Source: Phoronis australis | Taxonomy: Eukaryota; Animalia; Phoronida | Direction of reading: 5' to 3' | Assembly (NCBI GenBank): GCA_002633005.1 | Contig: NMRA01000032.1 | Location: 1,158,911 to 1,222,910 of the forward strand | DNA length: 64,000 nt | In this document: positions 15,301-27,439 of the stretch, piece by piece | How the letters are laid out: each line of letters opens with the position of its first letter | Position numbering within the stretch: the first letter of the stretch is position 1 | Made by a program: the position numbers and the translations under genes | Notes under the pieces: model-generated | Databases searched by the model: none | What the model was told of the DNA's origin: nothing | The model's input: only the letters and a program-made list of their open reading frames with translations

Positions 15301-17423
15301 CCAAAGTTGATTGATGGATTTTTATGACATGTGGTGTATAACTTTCTGTTAAAAAACGGTGCCATTTTCTCGTTTTTCGATGGATTCGAAGTGTTTTGCA
15401 CCATCTCGTGTCCATTTTATGGTATATAGAAACACCCTTAGAAGCACACCATTTGCAATGCATTCGTGGGCACATTTCAACGGTCCACATTGCTCTTGTT
15501 CTTCATATTAATGGTTATGGTTTTGCAAGCTTGTATCTGCATGGGTATGGGTATGGATTGATCTCACCGCGTAGCATGATGCTTTTCTTGTTTTGAGGCA
15601 TTTCAGAATATCTGGCATGCTTTCAAATTTTTTAGATCATGTCTAAGAGGTTGGATCTGTGATTGTTATTCTTGAAAATATACTTGCCTGCATGCGTATC
15701 CCAGAAGTTCCTGTGATTTCGTTTTAGTTCACATGTACTTATATTTTAAGTATTTTCATAATTTACCATTGTAAAAATGCACGTCACTGTTGAGTAATAG
15801 CTTATCTCTTTTTCCATCATTTCTATGAGGAAGTCTTATTTTTGCTTGACAAATTTCATTCATTTGCTGATATTCCGAGCATTTTCCTAATTGACCATTT
15901 TAAAAATGTGTGTTAGTTTTGAGTAATAGCTTATCACTATTTTTTCATCATTTCTATGAGGAAGTTGTTATTTTTTCTTGACAATTGTCATTCATTAGCT
16001 TATATTCTGGGCATTTTCCTTCATTAACCATTTTTAAAATGTGTGTTAGTTTTGAATAATAGCTTGTCAAAAATTTTCCATTTTTTCTATGAGGAAGTCA
16101 CTATTTTTTTGACAATTTTCATTCATTTACCTATATTCCGAGCATTTTTCTCAGTGATGGGCTATTTTAAAATGCATGTTAGTTTTGAGTAATAGCTGTT
16201 ATTATTTTTTCATTTCTATGAGGAAGTCTTTATTTTTCATCAAGAGTCAATTACGTACATTAACTGCAGTTATAGGGGTTATTTTAGGTGCTTGTACATG
16301 GCATCTGCTTATGTTGTCAATTAACCAAGTTTGCCTGGGAATGCAGCTTTATGTTGGCTTTATATCCTGCAAATCTTGTTGTAATACATGTGAAGGCTTG
16401 AAATATGTACAACCTGGCAGTGGGAAAAACAATTACAATCTTCACTTTGACAACAATGTATAGTTCAGTGCCTACGGAATAACCTGAATTCCATTTCGTA
16501 AGGTATTTTCAATACATCTCAAGTCATTTCGTGGTTGCGCTGGCCATTGTTTCTTGGTTATTTTATTGTAAAGATATACTGACTATAGGTTCTAGGGTTG
16601 TAATTTAATTGATTTTTTCAATCGCTTGTAGTTATTTCCATGCACCATGGTGGTGAACTTGATGGAAAATTGATATTATTAAGAACAAACGTGTTCCCTA
16701 ATGACTATATACAATCCTACAATTGGACAATTAAGTTTTACTGTGTTGACCCATGTACTTACAGAAGTCATACACTAACTACGGTAAATATTCTCCAGAT
16801 TGCGACAGTGAAAAATTCATTAGTTTGCTCTGTGTGGGAGTTTGTACAAAATTTTAGAAATAGGCAATGTTGGTCGTCCTAAATTCAAGAATTACTATCG
16901 ATGACAAAACGGTCATCCACCTCCATGTTACACACAATGGGGAAGCATGAAAACATTGAGTCAGTAGCTTTTTCTACGATTGTATGAGCTGTGAAGTCTA
17001 TTTTCAGACCCTGTTGATAGAATATGCTGCGTCCAATATTTGAAAAATATGATGAACGCCAAAATCGTTAATGTCCCAATCTTCATAATTAAAAAAATTC
17101 AATATCAACTTCCATTTCTGTGTTCCAAATTTTATGTCCCAAGCAGTAGAATTTTCACTGTAGCTTGTTTTTAATATTGTAAGTATTGTATTGTTTAGTC
17201 AGTGCTGATCAAGTATTACATTTCCAGTTCCGTCGCACGCCTTGAGCGACCTCTGTTGTGGCGTGTACTCCGTGCTGCCGTGCCATTACAAGTACTCCTG
17301 CTGTTATTGGTTGGTATCGCCTGCCTGCTGCCTGTGTGTGAAGAGGGCTGTGGTACGCAGAACACCTTACAGAACTCATTAGCACCTGGACTCAGGTACA
17401 CCGATGGACCCCCTCCAGTTTAG
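382..17423 (+). CDS. SYNE1: Nesprin / SYNE-family spectrin-repeat KASH protein, 3' part (5' end outside window)
   Basis: Phase-consistent GT-AG exons: 382-569, 884-1034, 1507-1827, 2483-2677, 4715-4825, 5786-6127, 6818-6946, 7577-7691, 8338-8543, 9918-10253, 10847-11062, 11713-11814, 13649-13677, 17228-17423. Spectrin-repeat peptides (SVLNLCEVLLHDHDAC; LDKRWKNICAMSMERR; IEETWRLWQKLLDD; LELINKQYRKLARE) typical of the nesprin-1/2 C-terminal region, an LDWD W-acidic motif (~5918-5929) and a terminal TM+KASH ending PPPV*. Symbol is family-level (SYNE1/2 co-orthologue). Confidence 0.93.
2096..2300 (+). mobile_element. Interspersed repeat, copy 1 (second copy ~16782-17100)
   Basis: Shared GGTAAAnATTCTCC...TTGGTCGTCCnAAATTCAAGAATTAC...TGACAAA between two nesprin introns. 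Confidence 0.6.
8605..9205. mobile_element. MITE/foldback element with ~50-bp TIRs, TA target duplication and internal TTACGAGCGTAATT repeats
   Basis: Left end TGATGGGCCGTTGGGGGAAAGGTGTCGCC; right end reverse-complements to TGGTGGGCCGTTGAGGGGAAAGTGTCGCT; TA on both flanks; many subterminal TACGAGCGTAATT motifs. Confidence 0.85.
10320..10650 (+). repeat. Degenerate tandem copies of the 3' end and donor site of nesprin exon 9918-10253
   Basis: About four purine-rich units resembling CCAGTACACCTGGA...GAGAAGTTTAAGGTGAGTTTAGAGGAGTGTAGGCTGTAT, e.g. GAGATGTTTGAAGTGAATTTAGGGGAATGTAG and AAGTTGAGGTGAGAAGGGTGTGCGGCTGTAT. Confidence 0.6.
13649..13677 (+). CDS. 29-nt nesprin microexon (IHPSSSWAH-S)
   Basis: ctctccag|ATACACCC...GCACAG|gtcaga; converts phase 0 (exon ending 11814) to the phase 2 required by the KASH exon acceptor at 17228. 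Confidence 0.7.
13777..15500. mobile_element. Non-autonomous repeat with ~420-430-bp internal tandem units (possibly Helentron/HINE-like)
   Basis: Anchor TCAACCAA(A/G)C at ~14162, ~14592, ~15011; recurring CCTAGTGGCAATTT and GAAAATTGGC; T-rich flanks. Family assignment is by resemblance only. Confidence 0.6.
15790..16235. repeat. ~130-bp tandem repeat, ~3.5 copies
   Basis: GA(G/A)TAATAGC...TTTCTATGAGGAAGT recurs at ~15792, 15921, 16054, 16187. Confidence 0.85.
17228..17423 (+). CDS. Terminal nesprin exon: transmembrane helix + KASH luminal peptide
   Basis: LLWRVLRAAVPLQVLLLLLVGIACLLPVCEEGCGTQNTLQNSLAPGLRYTDGPPPV*; acceptor tttccag at 17221-17227; TAG 17421-17423. Confidence 0.95.
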
Positions 17424-17790
17424 GTTGTAGCACATGGAACATCTTCCAGAACTCTTTACCACCTGAACTTCAGTACACTGATGGACCCCTGCCAGTTTAG
17501 ATTGTAGTATGTGGAACACCGTCCAGAACTCATTAGCACCTGGACCCAGGTATGCCGATGGACCCTGGCCTGTGTAGATAGAGGTTCTGATGCAACGAAT
17601 ACCTTCCAGAACTTTCTAGTACCTGGAATTATGTTTGCCGATACACTTACACCTGTATAGATGGCGCCATGGGTCCAAGAACATCATTCAAAATTCGTTA
17701 GCACGTGGTCTCAGTTACGCCCATGGAGTCCCACATGTGTGTATTTCATTAGTACCTGGACTCAGGTGTCCCAAAAGAGTCCCACTTGTC
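17347..17790 (+). repeat. Tandem 77-83-bp repeats of the KASH-peptide coding segment extending into the 3' UTR
   Basis: Units 17347-17423 (coding), 17424-17500, 17501-17577, 17578-17660, ~17661-17742 and a partial unit to ~17790, sharing CAGAACTC...CCTGGA...GATGGACCC...GT(T/G/A)TAG. Confidence 0.9.
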
Positions 17791-18816
17791 AGGATAATTT
17801 GTGGGTATACTGGATGAATTGACTGGGGAACCAGAGGGACTTAGTTTGCTGGATGAACCTTTGTTTTAGTAATTAGGCATTATATTGTCTGAAGTCATGT
17901 CAGGGATGATACTTCCTTTACAAGGGATGAAGCTATCTCTCTTGTAAGCTCATTTCTATTAAATGTCAGATACAAGATGCAGAAACTTGGAAGTAAATTT
18001 GTGAGGATTTTGTCTAAGATTTAAACCAAAATCGTAAAACTGTTGATGATTAAAAACTCTCTAAATATGTGACATTAATTGAGACCAGCACAGGCAGTTT
18101 ATAGCGCTTCAAGAAGTGCTAACGTAAGTTAATTATGTGATCAGTAAAGATAAATTTTAATTCTTCAAGGTTTAGAAATCTTTCAATGAATAGATATGAA
18201 ATTCCATGGTAACTTTTGAACTGTGTTTAATTTATGATGTGCCATTTATGGGTAAATACACGTTCGTGATAATGATTTGATTCGTACAAAGTACTTGGTT
18301 ACTTTCCATATTCTGTACATGGCATTTTGGCCAAAGGTATAGTTTTATAATTACCCTTGTACATATCACAAATGGCCTGGTTTGATTTAATGTGATAAGA
18401 ACTGTAGTTATTTTAGTAGACCTGTGTGAATCTCAGTAATATTTTTGTCAGCAGTGTTCATGTAATCTCGAAGATTTTACATTTTCTTGGATTTTTTGTT
18501 AAATAGTGTGTATTGAATTTCGTCATGTTGTCTGAGGTTGTAATATTTATTCTCATGTACATACAGCATTGGAACTTCTGTAAGATTTGTGATAATTATT
18601 GTGTGCCATTAAGTTCTATACATTGTATTTAACAATTATCTCAACTATTTTACTGTTTAGAGCTTTGCATTTAATTTACACACAATTATTCATTTTCAAA
18701 ATTCCATTTTTTGTATATTAGTAAATATTTTGTGTAGGTTGCATACAATTTGAATGTAGTGTTTGTTTTTGTGTACCCATTGCTCATTTGTGAATATTGC
18801 ATTGACGCTATTTTTT

Positions 18817-18822
18817 AATAAA
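18817..18822 (+). terminator. Candidate polyadenylation signal of the nesprin gene
   Basis: AATAAA ~1.4 kb after the stop at the end of a T-rich UTR-like stretch; ATTAAA nearby at 18832. Confidence 0.4.
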
Positions 18823-20566
18823 CACCATTACATTAAATTGCAAGTTTGTTCATGTCCAGATTTGTACCATATGTGCACATTCCCTGTGTATGTAACTACT
18901 GGTATGTCTAGAATTAGGCGTATGCGCCCCTGTAAAACAAAGGTAAAGATATCTAAAATATGTGAGTGAAATTTTACTTTTCCTTAGAAAATGGTAGATG
19001 TTGACTTTTTGACTTATGTTTCAATTTAAAACTGCATTCGAATTCGTTTTTTTTTATTCTCATCAAATTGGCTTCACTATATTCCTTGCTGTCATCATGA
19101 CAGGATTCGTGGGGCTAACCTAGGTCAAGGTCATATGCAATGCATAGGTGTCCTGCACTATTTGGCAATTTCAGCCTTGGCCACCTGTTTTGTTGAGTCG
19201 CTGATGGTTGTTGATGTTCTTGTTGGCAATGGAAATGGAAACCTTTATCTGTAAGGAATATTATGTGACTGATTTTATGAGACTAAAAGGCCCAATTTGA
19301 TTTTTGTTTTTAGCCATCTATTAACATGTAGCTTTAACATTAACTGCTGAACAGAAAGTATGAGGACGTCAAAACACATTGGATTAACAGTGACTCTTGA
19401 AGACATGCACAGGCCCGTCCATAAACTCCTACTTGACCTTAAGCTGGCTGTGCTGCTTTCTTAGTTCTATAAAATACTGTGTTCTCATGGTCCATAAAAG
19501 CATTTTTGTTAACTTGAATACAAGCTTAGGGTATCTGCACCGTTTTGTGCGACCTTTTAACTGGTCGTTATTCGGTGATTCTTTGTGAAAATTGACCTGA
19601 AGTTTTCACAAAAAGATGGTTTTGCAAACATAACTAACGAAAATCTCGCCGATGGGACAGTTCACAGTTTTGTCTTGAGGGGTAACACCCCAGAAGCATA
19701 ACTGAACTGAGCTCTTTATCTCAAATGACTGCCTCATGCTATCGTTTCCCGTACACGGCAGCGGAGCCGGGCTCTCTGACTAGTGTAAACTGCCTTCGCA
19801 GTAAATGTAGAACACACGGTGACACTTGGGCAGGGAGTGAGACTTCTTGTGGTCAGGTGATGCAATTAATAATTACTCTTCATTGGCAAAACAATTGCAA
19901 TCGTCTCGCCACTTTTCTCACCATGCACGCATGCTGTGAGGATTTGCGCTCGCGAACACATCCGAAGTCAAAACGGGGCAGATATTTTCGCTCGTAATCC
20001 ATCGGACATTTGCAGTTTTCAAATGAACGCTACCAACTTGTCAAGTTATGTTCTTTCATTTCTTTGCCAAAGAGCTGTGTATAATTTGCAATATCACACT
20101 GGGACCCACGCAGGGGTCGTAAATTGACTAAATAGCGCTCTTCATGATCTAAAAAGTCTGTTTAAATGATTCAATTTCTTTAGAAAATTGTTCTTTATGG
20201 ACGAACAAATAACTGCATTTTTTCAAACTCTTATGTCGCAAAATAACATTTTAAAGCTAAGCATTATCTAAACAGATGCACTTGCTTTGCTTACCCTTAA
20301 ATGTCGTGGCTAAGACATCTTCCCGCGCTTTGGCGGGCGGTGGCAATGTTAATGCCTAATTGCCAGATATAATGGGGTTTCTCTCTCTCTCTGCCCCCTC
20401 CCGCCCTCCTTCCCTACCTTGGTCCTCCCTGTCTCCCCTCTCTCACTCTCGCCTCTCACCCCTCCCCTACACTCGTTCAAAGTGCTACGAAAGGTCAGTA
20501 TGGGTGGCACTGTGTCAGAGGGTATCCCTCCCCTCTAGCTTCTTTTACACTATCACGTGAGTATAT

Positions 20567-21578
20567 CAGTGGCGGATCTAAAATATCACAAGGGGGGGTC
20601 AACATTTTGTCCGGCTGTAAGCATTTGCGCAAACCACGATTGCAGATGCGCATAGCACCGAATGGGGGGAGGTCGGGAGGGGGGGGCAAACCCCCCTCCC
20701 GCCCAGGAAATTTTTCTGTTTTTTCCTCTAAAAATCAAGCATTTTCCTTGATTTCTGAAGTATTATCTAAGAAAAAAAGGCAAAAAAAAAACACGGAGAA
20801 CGTGTCAAACAGGAAAAACTGCAAGTACCACAGACCCAAACTCACAACCTGGCGCGCGTGCTTTACCACTACGGCACTACACCACCACGATTTCATTCAA
20901 AAATTGAAAATAAGATACCTACTTGTTTATGGTCCACAGCGTTTACGCGCGACACCTATTTCTTTTTGTAATGCTTATTACACTTTTTATACTTTGTGCA
21001 ATCAGTTCGTAACAAATTTGTTGTATTTAAAATAGTCTTCAGTTGCCCAAAAGACCAAATCCTTTTTTTGTGTTGGCAATAATGACGCGATTGCTTTGCC
21101 TTTGGATATTGTCTTAAGTTAAGGTTTGACAAAGAGATAATTATGAGTTTCTGATTGATTCACTGAGGCTTCGATTAAAATTCACATCTTACCAGGAGCT
21201 TCTGTTTTTTTCATCGTCACTCAGATTCCACTTTCTTTAAAAAAATGAAGTAATTTTCTTCATTGCACAGTGAAGCAGACGACGGAAACGCAGTCATAGT
21301 GCGCAGCGCCACTGCCGATCGCCTGGGATATCGCGGGAGAGCCTATACTTAGCCATAGTTTCGTTACGATTGAGCCGTGTTCCGAATTTGACACTTGAAA
21401 TTGGACCTGTGAAATTGGACCTGAGCCCCCCCCCCCCCACATACTAAAACTGCACACATTAAAACCTTGTTTCCGCCGTAAAATGTTAATTACCGGGGTT
21501 AATTAATAAACTCAAAATTTCCCTACGCTCTTGCTGTTTTATTTTTTTTCCGGTGGGCCCCCCCTAAATCCGCCTTTA
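20567..21578. mobile_element. Putative hAT-type MITE upstream of the CTHRC1-like gene
   Basis: Left CAGTGGCGGATCTA followed by G runs; right C run then TAAATCCGCCTTTA; TSD not clear. Confidence 0.45.
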
Positions 21579-21694
21579 TAATATAGTGCGTAATTGATCA
21601 CTCGGGGTCATTTAATTGATTGGAACAAAAATGTCCCATTTGTATTAATTTACGGAAATAAATTGACACCTGATTATATCCAAATGGGAAGGGT

Positions 21695-21701
21695 TATAAA
21701 A
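21695..21701 (+). promoter_or_regulatory. TATA box of the CTHRC1-like gene
   Basis: TATAAAA about 60 nt upstream of ATG 21761. Confidence 0.6.
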
Positions 21702-21760
21702 GGGCTTAAAATTTCATTTATCGCAGGTCCTCATTTCTGACTGCTGCAGAAGCGTACGAA

Positions 21761-22564
21761 ATGGCAACTTTTTATCGTCTGCTCGTCTTTGTCTTAGTCG
21801 CCTTGTTCGTGAAGAGCGTTGCTCCAAACACAACTTCTGGCGTGAAGCAGATGATGTCTTCACTATTTAAGAAGTACGAGACAGCGTTTAAACTCTACCA
21901 CGATTTTGTTGCCAAGCATTTGGACGCCAATTCCTTCGAAATTTTGCAACTGAAAAAAATGATGGCTGAAAACGAAAAAAACTCGGGGGAATTGAAGGCG
22001 AAGATGAATGACCAACGATATGAGACGAGCAAAAGACTGGCGGCATTGGAAAAGTTTAAAGATGAAACATCTCTAAAAATGAAGGAAGATGCCAAAAACA
22101 CATTAAGAAATATCGTGCGCAAATCCTGGTCTGGTGAAAGCGAAATCGGCAAAGTACAGAAACCGGGAGATTTGGTAACCATCACGGAGTTTAACAAAAG
22201 GCAAAAGTCAAGTAAACTAAAAGTGGATTTCAGCTCTTATTTTGGTCTAGAATATACCGACACAAATAATACGAGAATGTGCGCCACTTGGTCAATCCTC
22301 ATTAACGGCAAACAGTGCAAAAAGCCGCAACCAATCCAGGGGTCGATGTTTTTCGAAGGCAACTTTCGAGAACAAGAAATTGGTGTTCCTACTTTCATAA
22401 GTGGAATCTGCAACGACATTCCTGAAGGTAACGTCAACCTAACTATTAGCACCTCGAAGTGTGAGGGCAATAGTGCAAAGGACTTCCACATCCCCAGAAT
22501 AATTCGCACTGGGTTTGAAACGACTTCTTACCTTGTCGTGGAAGAACTGTTTGAAAGCCTTTGA
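21761..22564 (+). CDS. Secreted CTHRC1-like protein: signal peptide, predicted coiled coil, CTHRC1 C-terminal domain; no Gly-X-Y repeat; single exon
   Basis: 267-aa ORF; hydrophobic N-terminus LLVFVLVALFV; C-terminal motifs FNKRQKSSKLKVDFS, CATWSILINGKQCKKPQPI, ISGICNDIPEGNV, TGFETTSYLVVEEL parallel CTHRC1 (FTK..SALRVLFS; W.F.FNG.EC..P.PI; GLC.GI..G.V; TGW.S.SRIIIEEL). Confidence 0.8.
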   Translation: MATFYRLLVFVLVALFVKSVAPNTTSGVKQMMSSLFKKYETAFKLYHDFVAKHLDANSFEILQLKKMMAENEKNSGELKAKMNDQRYETSKRLAALEKFKDETSLKMKEDAKNTLRNIVRKSWSGESEIGKVQKPGDLVTITEFNKRQKSSKLKVDFSSYFGLEYTDTNNTRMCATWSILINGKQCKKPQPIQGSMFFEGNFREQEIGVPTFISGICNDIPEGNVNLTISTSKCEGNSAKDFHIPRIIRTGFETTSYLVVEELFESL

Positions 22565-25500
22565 TTTCAAAATGTAAGTCACAAATTAAGATTTTGTGAA
22601 AGAAATTTCAATAGTATGACGTCGATATGTATGTGGAGTCAAGTTTGCTTTTAGTATAACTATCTAATTCGAGAACTTTTGATTGCAATTCGACTTAAAT
22701 TCCTTACCAGGCTCCGAAAGGCTCATGAGCGAGTTTTAAGATATATGTATATGTGCAATAAATACAATAATTCTTCACTTACTTCGTATAATTGTCATTT
22801 TCAAAGACTGATTACCTTGCTGCAAATTACGGTAACTTCCAAAATGTGCTTATATGTAATAGAATAGAATTTAATCTCTGACAAAGTAAATTTCAACTTG
22901 TCCACCGAATAGTGACTGCTAAATGGTTGAAGATTTAAAGTGGATGATTTGCAGTGTCGAAATTTAAGAGATGGAATGTATTAAAAAGTGCAAAATAAGT
23001 TTGCTGTTTGTGATTTAAAATTATTGTAATAAATACCGTAGTGCTTGCAGTTGGCCTTTGTATAATTATGTACTTTCATTGTGAACACATCAGTTCCAGC
23101 AAACGCATACCCACATTTGAGAGGAGAGAAAGCTCTTTGCTTGAGAATTGATAGTACAGGGTGGATCCAAAAATGTTCCCCATTCTCATATTTACATGTT
23201 TGAATACTGTATTTTTGTAAGGTATTTCAAAAATAACATTTTTGTTTGATACAGATAGTTCCTGATTTTAGCACTCTTTCTGACCACAATTCAATAATTT
23301 ATGACAAACAGATAAAAAGGAAAGTGACTTATATCCAAACAAACGCACGCAATCAGTTTTAACTTCGTCAGTGTGATTTCCAGAGAAAATTTAAGAGAAC
23401 TGTATCATTGTGTATTATATTCCTCCATCCCACTATTTTTCAAAAAAATCCAACATGTGTCAACATTCCGATAAAACCAAAAATATTGGGTATTGAATAC
23501 TGAATTTCAATTTTTTTATCATTACAGTCGTAAAAATATGCGCTAACGTTTCAGATTCAATCCTACAAAAGGCTGTTCTCTACAAGAATTCTGTGTAAAA
23601 TGTTATATTGCAAACAACTGTGAGAACTATCAGCTTCTGGCTTCTAAATCTATCTCGCTTTCAAACATTTTTACTCATATAGAATTTGTGGAAACAACGT
23701 TCTCGTCCAAGTCAACTTTATGGCTGTGTTAGATAATAAAATAGTTTTAATCCACCTTCCTGTCTGTTTTAAATTTTTCTACCATATAAATACTAAAATT
23801 ACTAAATTAGTTCCCTCAAAACTAAATCAAGTGGCTGTACAATAACTTATTTCAGGACACAATTTTCAGCTGAAATTAGGCATCTTGTGTAGTTTGTGTG
23901 CAATCGTCAACACCTAACACTTGTTTGCAAACGAAGAAATTCCTCTGAATTTTTCTGTAGTTGTCTTCGTGTCAAGGTGGTGAACACAATAATGCTATTT
24001 GCTGGACCATTGTATTAATCAATCATCATAATTGTCCTTTCGTCGAAGAATACTAAAGGCAAATGTTTCCACGGGCAAGATTAATTTTCGTGGCACAAAG
24101 CATGCAATTTAGAATTTCTTGGACTATTATTTTAATAATGGACCAGAAGCTTGACTGTCCGTAAAACTTTCAATCTTTTTGTGACGGGAGCGCCTTCTGT
24201 TGATGGAGTCGTGAGTAAAGACTATGTTTAATTCCAGAAGCTAGAGTGGGTTATCAAATTTTAAAGCGGTGTATGTTGGTCAATTCCCTCATTTGGTACC
24301 CCCGATGACGAAATTTTTAGTTGCATTTTGATTGGGTTTTACATTTATCTTGAAACCCCTATTTTCGCGCAATTTGATACATTCGCTCAAACGTCGGATT
24401 CGGCTACCGGATCTCGTTTCTATCTGGTAAGAATCTCACCTTTTTAACTCAGGTCTTATTACTATCCGGTTAGAGTCTCAACTTTTCAACTTTTTTAGTT
24501 TTACTAACTTCAGCTTACAGATTTTTCATTTATTTGGCTTTGGGGGCTGACTTAGGCGATTTGGGAGCCGATTCAAACTAAGTGAAGTTTAAATGACGAC
24601 GGAAGCTAATCAGATGTTTTGTAAGTTTGTAGATTTGTATTTTATATTTAGCGCATAATGAACTCATTATATATGTCTACTTCTCTCTAGTTTCACTCTC
24701 TCTATAACTTGTCACCTTGGTTCTGACGTATGCGATACGGACGCCGGCGTGAAAACAGAACACAACGCTGCGAATATTTTTATCGGCTGCGAACAGTCGA
24801 CGTTTTAGATACTAATTAGATCGGCGTTGGTCGCTCCACCCATTCCTGTTACGTTTTCAAGGAATACTGAAGTCTTCAGTTAGTCTCCTTCATCAAAAGG
24901 GTATTGATTAGATTTCGGTTATGTGATAGCTTGAAATAGTCCGTGCATTTTTTTACCATGTTTTTAATTTCTTTGGTAATTGCAGTTTTGAATAGTTTAA
25001 TCTGCCACCTGTTATTACTGAGCTAGTACACTGTTTGTAAGTCCCGCTTGGTGTATGATCATCCATAGCCGTGGGCTCTCTCTACTTGGTCTACTAAAAA
25101 GTTCTGGGCATATTGATGATACTGATTAGAACATTTTATTTTTATCTTTATTATAGATACAAACTTGCCGCACATCAATTCAACGGATGTCCGATTGTAA
25201 AAGAAAAAATCATTTTACTCGTAAAATTCGACACAAAGGGGTATATTTTCGCTGTCAAATGCTGAAGATAATTTTATGTTGTGTCGTGCATTCAAAGTCA
25301 GGAGTGAGGAGATCCCAGGATTTTAACAATCTACCGTTTTGGCATTGTAGTTAGCCCCCTTTTGTATATCTAGTCCCATACATATTTAGTTTACTCTGAT
25401 AGTTTACGCGTGGGATTTGGCTCAGCGGCAGAGTCTGCATCATGGCTGCTGCTGCGGAGCCTATCTTCGAATCCGCGCTATGTATCGAATCATATATGGA

Positions 25501-26721
25501 ATTTGTTTATGACATTACCTCGGCGAACCCTTTATAGAAGGCATGGGTCATTCAGTGTTTACTATTGTAGTCACAGTTTAAACCACCAAGTTGTTGTCCC
25601 CGAAACCTGATCATGGCTTAGGCCTAATCTAGCTAGCTCACATTTTCACTGGGTAGTCACCATCGACCAGTGGGGCACGGACGTGTACACTAATTACTAA
25701 GATATAAAGAACGTGTTTTTTGCTACCTCTCCGGCAGCATGTTCAACTGCTAGGGAGGGGACGGTCTTTTTGGGTTCCTGGCGGGATCTTTCTGGAGCGT
25801 GTGTCTGGTCACGGTGCATCAGAGCCCCCTAGTGTAACGTCCCCGTGATATACGGTGCACTGGGACACCGGCATACATCTATTTCTTTTCATACATGGAC
25901 GCAGTCTTAGTGCTAAGTAATCTATGTAAGTAAATGTTTACCTGTTTAAATCGGCACAGGAAAATATAATAAAAGAACAGCTGAAATAGTGTCCCTACAA
26001 TTACTTGGGGATATAGTATCTTTGCCTACAATTAGGGCCTACCATATCCTCCAGTGAGCCTGAGAACAGAACTAGAATAAATTAATAATAGTGAATCTTC
26101 ATTTTACACAGCTTGACATGTAAGAAATCAACCAATAAATAAATTTAACTGACATAACACGAATTTAAAGGTCAAAAAAAATTTACAGACGGCAACATTT
26201 ATAAAAAGTACAAAAAATACACACCTAGCAGGGATTCACGGACTGGAGATATATTTTGCAACTAAAATATTTACAAACGTACCGTACGTGACAGCACCAA
26301 GTGATCAGAAAAATTATCGGTAGTTACCCGGTAGGAACATTTGTATCTACTCCGTCCCACTAGGTTTTTTATACATGTCTGAAATTTCAATAGGCAAAAC
26401 CATAGATCTAACATGGCCGGATCAGACTAATGGGAAAATTCTGACGGCTTCAAACGAAGGTTGGCCTTCATCAACGGTGCTGATCACACCGATCAGACAG
26501 TCAACTAAAGCTTTTAAGTCAGTATTACACAGTTCGCCAGCATGACATTATGCCAAAGATACTCTATACATATATCTATAATATCTTTGATTAATACGGC
26601 AGCTGTTGATACCTCGGTCATTTACGCTAACTAGTGCTCAGGGCTACTAATTGTCCTAGCCGATTACCGCGGGTTGATTCAGGGAATCCCTTGTGGTTGG
26701 TTTCGAAACTACCTACTTAGT

Positions 26722-26741
26722 GTTCCAGAACATTCGAGAAA
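26722..26741 (+). promoter_or_regulatory. Heat-shock element (HSF site) of Hsp90
   Basis: gTTCcaGAAcaTTCgaGAAa = four perfect alternating nGAAn units, ~300 nt upstream of the inferred first exon. Confidence 0.85.
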
Positions 26742-27023
26742 GGTCTCGAGAAATTTGTTCACTCTAGTAATCCTTCATTTCCGGAAAATAGTACAACAAG
26801 GAAAGCTTTATTTGCTTTTTACTAAATCGCTTAAAACATACAGTACTTGAACATTAATTCATTTTGTATTTAAGTGGGTCATAATTTAAAGAAATATTAC
26901 ACAAAATCCTTATTTCATAAAATACAAGAAAATACAAGCACTACTTTTTAAAGCCTAATAACGGATACGGATATGGCGCATTCACGACTTTAAAGCTCAG
27001 TGAACGCGTGGTTTCGGAATAGT

Positions 27024-27104
27024 TCTTTCTGTACCGGCTTCTTGGAAGGCTGTGTGGTTGTGTATCCAGTGATTGATTAACTTTTAACAAAGAAATATTT
27101 AAAC
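27024..27104 (+). other. Inferred non-coding first exon of Hsp90 (pyrimidine/TCT-like start, donor GTGAGT at 27105)
   Basis: TTTAAAG ~35 nt upstream, TTCTTTCT start motif, strong donor; the coding exon starts with ATG directly after the acceptor (cag|ATG at 30254), the known Hsp90/Hsp83 arrangement. Start site is approximate. Confidence 0.6.
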
Positions 27105-27439
27105 GTGAGTATTGAAAATCGCATTACGTTATTACGTGAAGTGTTCTCATAGTGTTTTGTTCTATTCTCATTCTTCACTTCGAAATTTGGTCACATTTTT
27201 GTGTTTTTCAATCGACTTTTGCAAAGACGAAACTTCGTTTTTTTGATTGCCATCAGATTGCCCGTTATCAAAGTTACCATTATATGTACTCATTTCCCAC
27301 AGTTTATCACCTTCGTTAATGCTGTGATATATCAGAAAAAACTTACTGGTAACCAATGACAATGTCATTAAATATTGTCCTTACCCGGGCTTACCTCGTG
27401 ACTATGAGTTTTTGACCAAGACTAGAGGTAGAGTCTAGA

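Noticed and set aside
17347-17790. CRISPR-like array
   Set aside because: Whole units are homologous, there are no unique spacers, and the context is a eukaryotic 3' UTR.
20607-21035. 142-aa ORF (and 41040-41543)
   Set aside because: Low-complexity translations of G/C-run MITE sequence.
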